A stretch of 42,520 nucleotides of DNA from positions 1 through 42,520 of the forward strand of contig JAUWOV010000003.1 in NCBI GenBank assembly GCA_030611945.1, in the 5' to 3' direction. The DNA is from a bacterium. Its GTDB lineage: Bacteria; JAHJDO01. A program made the position numbers and the translations under genes. The notes beneath the pieces were generated by a model. The model ran no database searches, was not told the DNA's origin, and saw only the letters and a list, made by a program, of their open reading frames with translations. Shown here in pieces: positions 11,948-20,448 of this stretch (its first letter is position 1; each line of letters begins with the position of its first letter).

Positions 11948-12784
11948 TTAAAATCCTTTCTTTTTATTATCTTCATAAACAAGGTTTTTATATTCATATA
12001 TTTCTTTGAAATCACATTGCATTACATGCCACAAAAGACAGATTGTGATTCTATGGTCAGGATTTTTATCAATATTATCTGAAAAGTTTTTCTGAACTAA
12101 TTTTAAAGATTTAGTATCAAGACATACAATTACAACCCGTTCATACCCTGCGAATAAATTTTTAATTGCCTGCATGTATTCAGTGTTCTCCGTAGAAAGC
12201 ATAACCTCAATTGAGACCTTTCTATTATTTTCAGGATCTATTACCTTAACATCCACCTTTTTGCCATTTATATCTCCCTCTACGGTTGTATTGAAGTTTC
12301 TGTCCTGAAGTCTTTTAGCTATTAAATTCTGAATAAAGCGATGCTGTAAGCTTCTTCCTCCTCTGCCAGAATCAGTAGCAGGTAGAAGCTGGGCTTTAAT
12401 GCGACCTTTTGCAGTTAGAAAGTAAAATTTGGTCTTTCTACCGCGAGCAGATAGCTGCAAATCAAGGTTTTTAGTAAATCCATCAGCTACGAGTTTTTCA
12501 AAGATAACAATACCACGATCCATGCTAAGAGTCTCAATCCCAGCCAGTGTAATTGATTTACATCTTTCAGCTACCCCAAAGAAAGGCCTTTGATTGAAAT
12601 CTTTTAGAACAGCTTTTTCTAAATCGCTTTCAACCTCAACTATTCTTGGAGCGCGAACACTCCACGCCTGCCTTGGCACAATTGGTGATAGTTTTTTAAG
12701 TATTTCTTTATTATTTTTTATCATTTCTTCTTTGCTAATTTTAGGCAATGGAAACAAGTTAACTTTCAATTGGATATCCCCCAA
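11948..12784 (-). pseudogene. C-terminal half (wHTH + PD-(D/E)XK, Replic_Relax-like) of an ATPase-nuclease gene split by a 22-bp insertion
   Basis: FYFLTAKG, QH, VE, VDV and SIEV motifs. It becomes in frame with the upstream ATPase when 22 bp of 12761-12790 are removed. Confidence 0.7.
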
Positions 12785-14111
12785 CTTTCATTAAAAACGG
12801 CTTCGTATATCTGTCTGCGAGCTTTGTAACACACACGAATTGAGGTAGATGTGCTAAGCTAATAGTTTGTTCTGATGTTAAAAACATCGATTGTTTAACA
12901 GCCCAGATATCCTCAGTATTAAATAAGTGAAATGCAAAATATGAAAAAACGTTTGACTGGTATGAATTTGCAAGAGCAGATGGGTTTGTTGTTCCTACCA
13001 TGCATCCGATGCCTGAAAAACGGACCTGGCTCTGCAATTCAAGAATTGGTTTAGTTGCCTTGTCATTTGTAAATATATGTCCGCCTTCATCAAAAACAAA
13101 TACTTGTCTTAGTTCATCAATATAATTAAAAGCATCGCTTTGAAGGTCTGTATATGCCTGATTTAAAGATTGCGTTTCTATTAATAACTCATGTTTATTT
13201 GATACAGAAAAAGTTTCAATTATAAGGCTTATGCCTTTTCGGGCTAATTCTCCTGGTATAATTCCTTTGCAGCAATCAAATGAAACAGCCAAGGGAGACT
13301 CTAGAATTCCATTTGAGATAGAAAGTTGCGAACTCTTTAAATCCTTTCGTATTGATAATCCTGGAGGCATTTTCATAAACTGAAGTTCTTTATTGATTTC
13401 ATATTCCGAAAAATAGATATCCTTTTTTGGATCACACAATGACAAAAGGTTGTTTATAGCTTGATTGAACAAAATCTGTGAATCATGCCTTTCAAAAATC
13501 CTTGCTCTATAGTCAGACCTGCGTGATAGATATGCCATTCTGTTGCAGTTTTTTGGCCATCCATTAAAATTTAAAAATTTATCAATCCCAATTTTCATAA
13601 TTAGAACCCTGTCTGGAAACAGCTTTTGTAATCCAGAGAACTGGCCGCCTTTACGGTCAAATATAACTACAGAAATGGATTTTTGAATCAGTTTTTCTAA
13701 TATAGAGATCAGAAGGCTTGTCTTGCCACATCCTGTAATCCCTGCAACGCAAAAATGTTTTGTGAACTCTGAAAGCTTGAGCATTACAGGAATATTGCCC
13801 TCAAGAGTTCTGCCAACTTCAATATCGCCCTCAGAGATTCCGCTATTTGCGTCAGGTTCAGGCCTATAAGGCTTTCTGTAATCATATTCATTTTTATTCT
13901 CTTTTCGCTTATCAAGAAAATAATTTACCCTGGCTTTACAATTAATATAAATATTTCTGTCTACTCCTGGAAAATTCGGATTTTTCAAAATTAATGCCAT
14001 TCTGCGGATGCCATCATCCTTGTGCTCAAGCCCTTCCTCTTCAATTTGTTTTAGCAAGTTATCTCTCATTTTCGGAGTGATAGTTATTTCGTTTCTGTTA
14101 TAGAGCGCCAT
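12759..14111 (-). CDS. HerA/VirD4-like (DUF87) ATPase, N-terminal half of the split gene
   Basis: HFCVAGITGCGKT (Walker A), IFDRKG, FVFDEG (Walker B), R.SGIG..VGT.NP. Start 14111 has a GAGGA SD. Confidence 0.85.
   Translation of the reverse strand: MALYNRNEITITPKMRDNLLKQIEEEGLEHKDDGIRRMALILKNPNFPGVDRNIYINCKARVNYFLDKRKENKNEYDYRKPYRPEPDANSGISEGDIEVGRTLEGNIPVMLKLSEFTKHFCVAGITGCGKTSLLISILEKLIQKSISVVIFDRKGGQFSGLQKLFPDRVLIMKIGIDKFLNFNGWPKNCNRMAYLSRRSDYRARIFERHDSQILFNQAINNLLSLCDPKKDIYFSEYEINKELQFMKMPPGLSIRKDLKSSQLSISNGILESPLAVSFDCCKGIIPGELARKGISLIIETFSVSNKHELLIETQSLNQAYTDLQSDAFNYIDELRQVFVFDEGGHIFTNDKATKPILELQSQVRFSGIGCMVGTTNPSALANSYQSNVFSYFAFHLFNTEDIWAVKQSMFLTSEQTISLAHLPQFVCVTKLADRYTKPFLMKVGGYPIES
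12761..12790. repeat. 8-bp direct repeat flanking 14 bp (transposon footprint-like)
   Basis: AACTTTCA-ATTGGATATCCCCC-AACTTTCA. Confidence 0.75.
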
Positions 14112-14655
14112 TTTCGTAATCCTCATTATGTTGGTTAAAATCGTTAACTTCCTGTGTATTATGTCCCAGTGGAGACGCTAACATATTAAATGCCCAGCAG
14201 AATGGTGCAGTAAGAACTCGTTTAGAAAGCTCAATAAGCCAACAATGACGGCAATACCGCACTTTTTCATGTACTTGAGACGATTGAGTTGTGCCATTTC
14301 TAAGAGTTTTCTCAACCGTTCTAATTCTTCCAGTTTCCTCTTCATATCCCAAATGACCTATATAATAGAGGTGCTTGCACCGCGAACACTGGAATCCATC
14401 TTTTAAACGATTAATTTGTTTGTCCATGTGACAGAAAAAAATCTTTTCACCGGCTTCTAGCTCGACACCAGACTCTGTAATAGTTGAATCTATAGTCTGA
14501 TAATTCTCTATACCATTATCTGAGTTGGCTTTTTTTGAAATATCTTCTCGGCGGTAAGTCACGCCTGAGTCTAAATCAAAGCCTTTTATTCTTTTTTCTC
14601 TAATGTTTGAGCTAATAATGTCTTCAGAATTAGACATATTTGTTGACCGAGTCAT
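14098..14655 (-). CDS. Hypothetical protein with CxxC motifs
   Basis: CSRC and CRHC; GGAGGAG SD before ATG 14655. Confidence 0.7.
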   Translation of the reverse strand: MTRSTNMSNSEDIISSNIREKRIKGFDLDSGVTYRREDISKKANSDNGIENYQTIDSTITESGVELEAGEKIFFCHMDKQINRLKDGFQCSRCKHLYYIGHLGYEEETGRIRTVEKTLRNGTTQSSQVHEKVRYCRHCWLIELSKRVLTAPFCWAFNMLASPLGHNTQEVNDFNQHNEDYENGAL

Positions 14656-14657
14656 TT

Positions 14658-14981
14658 TTATTCTCCTCCTCTCCATATTATTCTATAAATAATGAGTACG
14701 ATTATGGTATTTACAATAATACCCATGACTAAAATGAGCGATGTGATTTCATTAGATACCCGGAATATAGAATCAAAGGAATTGGCGTACAATGCTGCGA
14801 AAAAAATCCCAAGCATAATTCCAAACAGAGAACCTATAATAGAACTGGTTATTGTAACTCTTCTGATAAATCCAGTTAAAATACCAATTACAAAGGCGAA
14901 TGCACCTAAGAAAGCCAGTAGATGTATTAGGTAATTTAATATTTGGGATACAATTTTTGTTCCCGGAAAATCAAAAAACAT
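14658..14981 (-). CDS. Small 3-TM membrane protein
   Basis: Three hydrophobic segments; AAGGAG SD. Confidence 0.75.
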   Translation of the reverse strand: MFFDFPGTKIVSQILNYLIHLLAFLGAFAFVIGILTGFIRRVTITSSIIGSLFGIMLGIFFAALYANSFDSIFRVSNEITSLILVMGIIVNTIIVLIIYRIIWRGGE

Positions 14982-15054
14982 ATTTCTCCTTTCCTTTCAA
15001 TTAAGGCAGTCTCAGAGGCCAGAGCCAGAAAACTCCAGCCCCTGACTGCTGTAC

Positions 15055-15423
15055 CTACTTTACTCGTAGAAACCGGGAAATTTTTAGTCTCTCTTCCCCT
15101 TCAAACGTATCCAGTTTTGTGCGAACGCGCAGCTGGCTTCCTATTAGTTTCGTTGCGATTTTTACATCACTCTTGTTGCAAGCTTCAAGGAATTCCTTGT
15201 ACCGCCATTTGCTGTTTTTCAACAAAGAAATGGTGGCTATTATCAATTTGCCTGCACTAACTCCATCCATGACGCGGAGTGTGTATACATGTACAGGTTC
15301 TTTCTGTGCAGAAGTACGGCATTTTATATTAACAACTTCTACATGATAGTTTCCTGCTATAACAACAAGCTGGCTAGATGACTCTACTCCCTCTAGGTTC
15401 GGAATCGCATACTGTTTATTCAT
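15055..15423 (-). CDS. DUF669-like (phage ssDNA-binding-like) protein
   Basis: AGNYHVEV...G...GK.I...WRYKEFLEAC...LIGSQLRV....FEGEER.KI.RF pattern; GGAGGTGA SD. Confidence 0.7.
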   Translation of the reverse strand: MNKQYAIPNLEGVESSSQLVVIAGNYHVEVVNIKCRTSAQKEPVHVYTLRVMDGVSAGKLIIATISLLKNSKWRYKEFLEACNKSDVKIATKLIGSQLRVRTKLDTFEGEERLKISRFLRVK

Positions 15424-15451
15424 TTTTTTCTCACCTCCTCTTTTTTTGGTT

Positions 15452-15778
15452 TTATAGTGCTTTTAGCTTTAAAGGACTCTTAAAAAGTAAAAGTTGATTA
15501 AGTTCGTCTTTTTTAAACATCCTTTGTCTTTTACGTTGCTTCTTGTCAGGTTTTTTGATAGATGGTTTATTTTCTTGGCATCTGTTTAATTTATCTGATT
15601 GTAATGAGATCTTTTCAAAACACTGTGAGCAAAGGGCTTTTTCTTTATCAATATAAATTCCCAGGTTCTTTCCGCACAGAAAACAATAAGAACAGGCTTT
15701 ACCATCAGTGATTTTAATAACTTTAGCATTAAAGAAATTTTTAATCATCTCAACAGAGTCAGCAGGAGAAATATTCAT
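15452..15778 (-). CDS. Zn-finger hypothetical protein
   Basis: CFLCG...LCSQC. Confidence 0.65.
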   Translation of the reverse strand: MNISPADSVEMIKNFFNAKVIKITDGKACSYCFLCGKNLGIYIDKEKALCSQCFEKISLQSDKLNRCQENKPSIKKPDKKQRKRQRMFKKDELNQLLLFKSPLKLKAL

Positions 15779-16645
15779 TTAAAACCCTCCACTAAACGGT
15801 TCTGTCATTTCAGGTGGTTCTTCAGGAAAAGGCTGTTCAAATCCTGGTTCATCCGCCATAATAGATTCAAGATTTTGTCCATGAGGGGTTAAATTCCCAG
15901 AATCCTGAAACTCCATATCAGTATTACCTATTTCTCCTGCTAAATTATTCTCTTCTCTGTTATTTACATCTGGTTCTTCTATTTCATGTTCTTTTAAGGA
16001 TTCTCCCTCTAAAGTTTCATTACTGTCTTTTTCAATAGGACAATCCAGCTGCTGATGCAATTCATCGCTATAAAGATTTGTACCTTTGGTATAATTTTTT
16101 TCTTTATTGACAGCCTGCTCAGTTGTCTCTCTGTCATCAACTTGTCTGACTGCTTCTTCCAGCGCTTGTTCTTCACTAGCATATACAATGTCTTCAATCG
16201 CTTTTCTTATTTCCTTCTCTTCTCCGCTATATATAATCTGTTCAATTAGCTCTTTTATCTCTCTTTTTTCCGGTTCATACTGGATATTATCAACCGCTTT
16301 GAATAACTTCTTTTTAATTTCGCTTACTTGTAATTTTTTATCCTCTGGGTATGCTTCATTCTCGTTTCCTTTGTTGATAAAATCTTCTCGCTCAGTCCTT
16401 TGTTTAATAATTTCCTTTAATTTAGCAAGAGTTTTTTCTGCAAAAAAAGCACTCCAATTTGAAGAGTACTTTGGGGGATACTCCACATCCTTATCTCTAA
16501 TAACAGGAGGACATCTCCTTGGTAAAGGTGTTTTTATTACCCTAAAATTATCTCTGCTGATATGTGATTTATTTCTATAAGGGCTTTTTTGAGATGTTTC
16601 CTGGTCGTAGAGGCTTGCATTATAGTTTTCACTGTATGGATACAT
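15779..16645 (-). CDS. Acidic, largely disordered hypothetical protein
   Basis: 288-aa ORF with AAGGAG SD and short internal E/K repeats. Confidence 0.7.
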   Translation of the reverse strand: MYPYSENYNASLYDQETSQKSPYRNKSHISRDNFRVIKTPLPRRCPPVIRDKDVEYPPKYSSNWSAFFAEKTLAKLKEIIKQRTEREDFINKGNENEAYPEDKKLQVSEIKKKLFKAVDNIQYEPEKREIKELIEQIIYSGEEKEIRKAIEDIVYASEEQALEEAVRQVDDRETTEQAVNKEKNYTKGTNLYSDELHQQLDCPIEKDSNETLEGESLKEHEIEEPDVNNREENNLAGEIGNTDMEFQDSGNLTPHGQNLESIMADEPGFEQPFPEEPPEMTEPFSGGF

Positions 16646-16684
16646 GGCTATAGTCTCCTTTTATTTTCACAACAGAATCGTTTC

Positions 16685-17482
16685 CTAAACATCCATTCCT
16701 ATCTCAGTTAGGCTTTCAATTTCCAATATCTTTTTGAACGAATCTTTCCATCTAATCAACGGTTCATCTTTTAATATCTTATAGTAATACCGCACACTAT
16801 CTGGATGTTTTGCCTTCATAGCTTTCTTAAGAAATTTATATTCAACAGTACCCCATCCATCTTTATTTACTCTCTGTTTATGTTTATTTAGTGCTCCAAG
16901 CCATATACTATCTGTCGCATATGGCTTAAGCAGGTTAAATAATTTTACAGCGTGGATATCTAACAACGGTTCACAAGAAACAGATGTTTTATATCCTTTG
17001 GAATAGGCAAGCATTAGCGAAGTGTACCTTTCCTGAAAATTTGGAGCTCCTGGTTCCCAAAATTTCAATACATTATTGCTGTAAGAGCCAATGGTAAACC
17101 TAAATAGTATCTGTTCTTTGTAATCCTTCAATTTTCCGCAGAGACTAGCAATACATTCAAGATGGGGCTTACTTACAATGAGAACTTTATTGCCAGGCTT
17201 GAGAATTTTATCAAGAAAGACAATACTTTTATCAAGGATTGAGGGTGTGATATCATGTGTGGTGGGGAACATTATAGTTCCATTTTTATTGCTATAATGT
17301 TTAGGAACGCAATCATGTTTTAGTTCCATGTTTAACCAGTCATCGGCAGTCTTAATTCTTTTGAAGCGTAAAGCCATATGTTTGGCATAACAGTACCTGC
17401 AATTATGTTCACATCCGCGAGCGATATTTGCATTAATTGATGTCCATTCTTTTGTTCCTGTGGGTTTTGGTTTATTTTCCAT
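16685..17482 (-). CDS. Radical SAM protein, DUF5131 (Gp37/Gp68)/SPL-like
   Basis: W...N...GCEHNCRYCYA (CxxxCxxC) and SVSCEPLL. Confidence 0.85.
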   Translation of the reverse strand: MENKPKPTGTKEWTSINANIARGCEHNCRYCYAKHMALRFKRIKTADDWLNMELKHDCVPKHYSNKNGTIMFPTTHDITPSILDKSIVFLDKILKPGNKVLIVSKPHLECIASLCGKLKDYKEQILFRFTIGSYSNNVLKFWEPGAPNFQERYTSLMLAYSKGYKTSVSCEPLLDIHAVKLFNLLKPYATDSIWLGALNKHKQRVNKDGWGTVEYKFLKKAMKAKHPDSVRYYYKILKDEPLIRWKDSFKKILEIESLTEIGMDV

Positions 17483-17511
17483 TTCTTTCTCCTAAAGGAG
17501 CTCAATAACTT

Positions 17512-17580
17512 TTATGAGTTCCTGTTATTTTTTTTATTTACTTTCTTAACTATATTTTGACATTTTGGACATCTCTTCAT
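17512..17580 (-). CDS. Putative 22-aa leader peptide
   Basis: MKRCPKCQNIVKKVNKKNNRNS with an AAGGAG SD; lies between the sigma54 promoter and the first long gene. Confidence 0.35.
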   Translation of the reverse strand: MKRCPKCQNIVKKVNKKNNRNS

Positions 17581-17639
17581 TGCGAGCTCCTTTTTTATTG
17601 GCATTTTTTTATCTATTATTTTTTCTAATTCTTATAAGC

Positions 17640-17656
17640 AGCAATTTCTATACCAA
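17640..17656 (-). promoter_or_regulatory. sigma54 (-24/-12) promoter
   Basis: TTGGTATAGAAATTGCT has exact GG-N10-GC spacing and points into the long operon. Confidence 0.8.
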
Positions 17657-17766
17657 GGTTGAAAACTTTTTTTTGTAATTCTTCATAACTATGTCGTTGA
17701 TAAGGGATTACGAAATCTTTATTAGGTTAAAAACTTTAAAAAAGCCAATCAAACTAATCAATTAAA

Positions 17767-17813
17767 TATCTAATTTTTTAGATAAAATTAAAGTAAAAGT
17801 CCAATTTTTTGGA
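17767..17813. promoter_or_regulatory. Two palindromic upstream activator sequences
   Basis: TATCTAA-TTTT-TTAGATA (17767-17784) and TCCAA-TTTT-TTGGA (17800-17813), with centres 31 bp apart. Confidence 0.65.
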
Positions 17814-17860
17814 GTCACTGATAGAAAGATTTAAAACATCCAGAAAAACTCTTATTCCTT

Positions 17861-18553
17861 ATGGAACTTGAGATTAAACTTAAACAAAAGCACAAAGAAG
17901 ATTTTTTAAAAGAAGGTTTACCTAGACTACTTTATACTGGAACTTGTGAAGAATATTTTCAACAGAAGATATTAAAGGAAAAATTTGATAACCAATCAGG
18001 CAGACACAGTGGTATCGTTTATATGAGTGATTCCTTTGTTTCGGCTACGGGCTATGCGATAAAGAGAGCTGCTTTTTACAAAGATCTTCCCTTGCTGTTA
18101 ATCATTGATACTAAAAAATTGGATGAAAAAGTTGAATATAGTGGTGAATATAGTACATCGTCTTTGAATGCAAATTGTTTTTTAACTTATGCGCTTTCTT
18201 TGGGTATTGATTCTTATGAAGGATTAAAAGTGCGTTTTAAAGACAATTTACAGAAAGATATTAAGTGTATTAAAGATACAGTCTCACGTCTGTCTAAAAA
18301 AGAAATTGAAAGTTATTGGAAAGATTATAGTTATGGTTTAAAAGAAGGAACTTATTTGCCTCAAAGTTATGCTCCTTGTTTTTTTGCTGTCGCTAATAAA
18401 AGGATTCTATATTCAAATAATCAACGAGAACTTATTAATGGAGTTCAAATATTAAAAGGCAAAAAGGTTATAACTCCATTCTTTTTATTGGACAAGTTTG
18501 ATGATAAAGTTATTGTTATGAATATGGACTATACTAAAGTCTTTAAGTCTTAA
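17861..18553 (+). CDS. Hypothetical protein with ADP-ribosyltransferase-like (KptA/Tpt1-type) N-terminal domain
   Basis: LYTGT...IVYMS....ATGYA...LLLIID resembles LYHGT...VYLS...A..YA...L.ID. Confidence 0.5.
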   Translation: MELEIKLKQKHKEDFLKEGLPRLLYTGTCEEYFQQKILKEKFDNQSGRHSGIVYMSDSFVSATGYAIKRAAFYKDLPLLLIIDTKKLDEKVEYSGEYSTSSLNANCFLTYALSLGIDSYEGLKVRFKDNLQKDIKCIKDTVSRLSKKEIESYWKDYSYGLKEGTYLPQSYAPCFFAVANKRILYSNNQRELINGVQILKGKKVITPFFLLDKFDDKVIVMNMDYTKVFKS

Positions 18554-20330
18554 TTTTGGGAAACAAATTCTTTATGTCTTCCTGTAAATTATACTTTCTT
18601 AAATTATTGTAAAATGTATTTTGCTTCATATCTAATAATTTCGCCGCAGCTGTTCTATTTCCCTTAGTTTGTCGTAAAGCATTTAATATCGTATTTTTGA
18701 CTGCGTCCTTTATGCTTATTTGTTCTCTATTAGAGATCGTATCTTTACAATGTTCTAACATTAGGTCTTCCTCTCTAATAATCCTTCCTTCTGCAAGAAT
18801 AACTGCCCTTTCAATAGTATTCTCCAGTTCTCTTGTATTCCCATTCCAATCATGTAGTAATAATTTATTTTTGGCTTCTTGTGCTAAAGCTTCTTCCCAA
18901 TAATAGGATTTATTACCGTACTTTTCTAAAAAATGGTTTACTAAGAAATAAATATCTTCCCTTTGCTCACGCAATGGTGGAATTTTAATTGGAAATTTAT
19001 TTAATCGATAAAATAAATCTGGTCGAAAAGTTCCTGTTTTAATAGCATCTTTTAAATCTATATTTGTAGCTGCGATGACTCTAACATCTATCTCTATGGT
19101 ATCCTCTCCTCCCACTCTTTTAAACTCTTTTTCCTGAAGAATTCTCAAAAGCATTGCTTGGGCTGGTAGACTCATATCTCCTATTTCATCTAAGAATATT
19201 GTTCCTCCATCTGCCAATTCAAACATGCCTTTTCTTCTCGACGCAGCATCAGTAAAAGCCCCTTTTTCATGTCCAAATAATTCGCTCTCAATTAACGTTT
19301 CTGGGATTGCTGCACAGTTAACTCCGATAAATTGTCCTTCCTTTTTTACGCTATTATAATGGATAGCTTTTGCTATAGATTCTTTACCTGTTCCGCTCTC
19401 GCCTTGAATGAATACAGCTATATCTTCTTTTTCAAGAGTTCTAAGTAAAACAATTATTTCCTTAATAGCATCACTCTCGCCAATAATATTGATAACTTTA
19501 TTCTTTCCAATAATAATATGTTTATACTTATCGCTTCTTTTAGGTTCTTTTTTTAAATTTTCTATTTTCATATATATTCTATCTAATTCTCTATCTTTAT
19601 TAAGTTCTTTTTTACGCTCTATTTCTTCTATGTTTTTTTGAGTCGTACTTTCACTACTTTTTTTATCTTGCTCAACATCTACGGCTAAGCGAGGAGCTTT
19701 TTCTAAATGTATTTTTTCGCTTTTTCTCTCCTTTTTGCCATAAGGCACAACCATAGGATAACATCCTTCTGAAGTTTTTGTCGGGTCACTATCAGAAACT
19801 GCTTTAAGAACAAGCTGATATTCACCTTCAGGGATTAAAGTTCTCTCTTCTGGCAGGTTACATATCACTTCAATATCTACTTCATCCTGAATGCCCGTTG
19901 GATAGATTTTCAGTGAATTCTTAATATTATGAATTGTACTATCGCGTGATATTGGTCTTGTTATATCTATATCAGGCCATTTGTCAGTAACATTTTCTTT
20001 CCGCTTCCCGGCAATAACATTGTAAACTTTTGCATACACGCTAAACGAATCTTTCTCTTTTCCTGTATTTTTTATAGTAAACCTGTATTTCCATCTTTTA
20101 TTATGTGTATTATTATCGTCGAATACTTCTGGGCCTTTACCAGTAAATTGAGGGACAATGACAGCTACTGAAAATTCTGTACCTGCTCGTTCTATTTTTT
20201 CTTCACATAATTTTATCTTTTCTTCTAGCTCTCTTTGCACGTTCTCAGGATTTTCAGGATTTAAAAGTTCTGTGAAGAGTTCTTTAGCAATCTTGTATCT
20301 TTTTATCTTTTGCTCTTTTGTTTCTTGCAT
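18543..20330 (-). CDS. sigma54-dependent enhancer-binding activator (Ig-like N-terminal domain, AAA+, Fis HTH)
   Basis: GESGTGKE, ESELFGHEKGAFTDA, IFLDEIG, FRPDLFYRL, GNTRELEN and GNRTAAAKLL. Confidence 0.95.
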   Translation of the reverse strand: MQETKEQKIKRYKIAKELFTELLNPENPENVQRELEEKIKLCEEKIERAGTEFSVAVIVPQFTGKGPEVFDDNNTHNKRWKYRFTIKNTGKEKDSFSVYAKVYNVIAGKRKENVTDKWPDIDITRPISRDSTIHNIKNSLKIYPTGIQDEVDIEVICNLPEERTLIPEGEYQLVLKAVSDSDPTKTSEGCYPMVVPYGKKERKSEKIHLEKAPRLAVDVEQDKKSSESTTQKNIEEIERKKELNKDRELDRIYMKIENLKKEPKRSDKYKHIIIGKNKVINIIGESDAIKEIIVLLRTLEKEDIAVFIQGESGTGKESIAKAIHYNSVKKEGQFIGVNCAAIPETLIESELFGHEKGAFTDAASRRKGMFELADGGTIFLDEIGDMSLPAQAMLLRILQEKEFKRVGGEDTIEIDVRVIAATNIDLKDAIKTGTFRPDLFYRLNKFPIKIPPLREQREDIYFLVNHFLEKYGNKSYYWEEALAQEAKNKLLLHDWNGNTRELENTIERAVILAEGRIIREEDLMLEHCKDTISNREQISIKDAVKNTILNALRQTKGNRTAAAKLLDMKQNTFYNNLRKYNLQEDIKNLFPKIKT

Positions 20331-20364
20331 CTTTATTTCTCCATTTCTCCTGCAACTGTTTTTG

Positions 20365-20420
20365 ATTTTACCACATTTCTTTAAAAAATCAATTGACTAA
20401 GATGGATAAAGCAGGATAAT
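20365..20420. promoter_or_regulatory. Back-to-back sigma70 promoters for the activator and NACHT genes
   Basis: Minus: TTGATT-N16-TAAAAT with extended TG. Plus: TTGACT-N16-GATAAT. The -35 boxes abut in the palindrome TCAATTGA. Confidence 0.5.
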
Positions 20421-20448
20421 CTATATGAGAGCAAAAAGGCCAATATAG

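Noticed and set aside
17685-17702. IHF-like site between the enhancer and the sigma54 promoter
   Set aside because: TATCAA-N4-ATA mismatches the WATCAA-N4-TTR consensus, in very AT-rich DNA.
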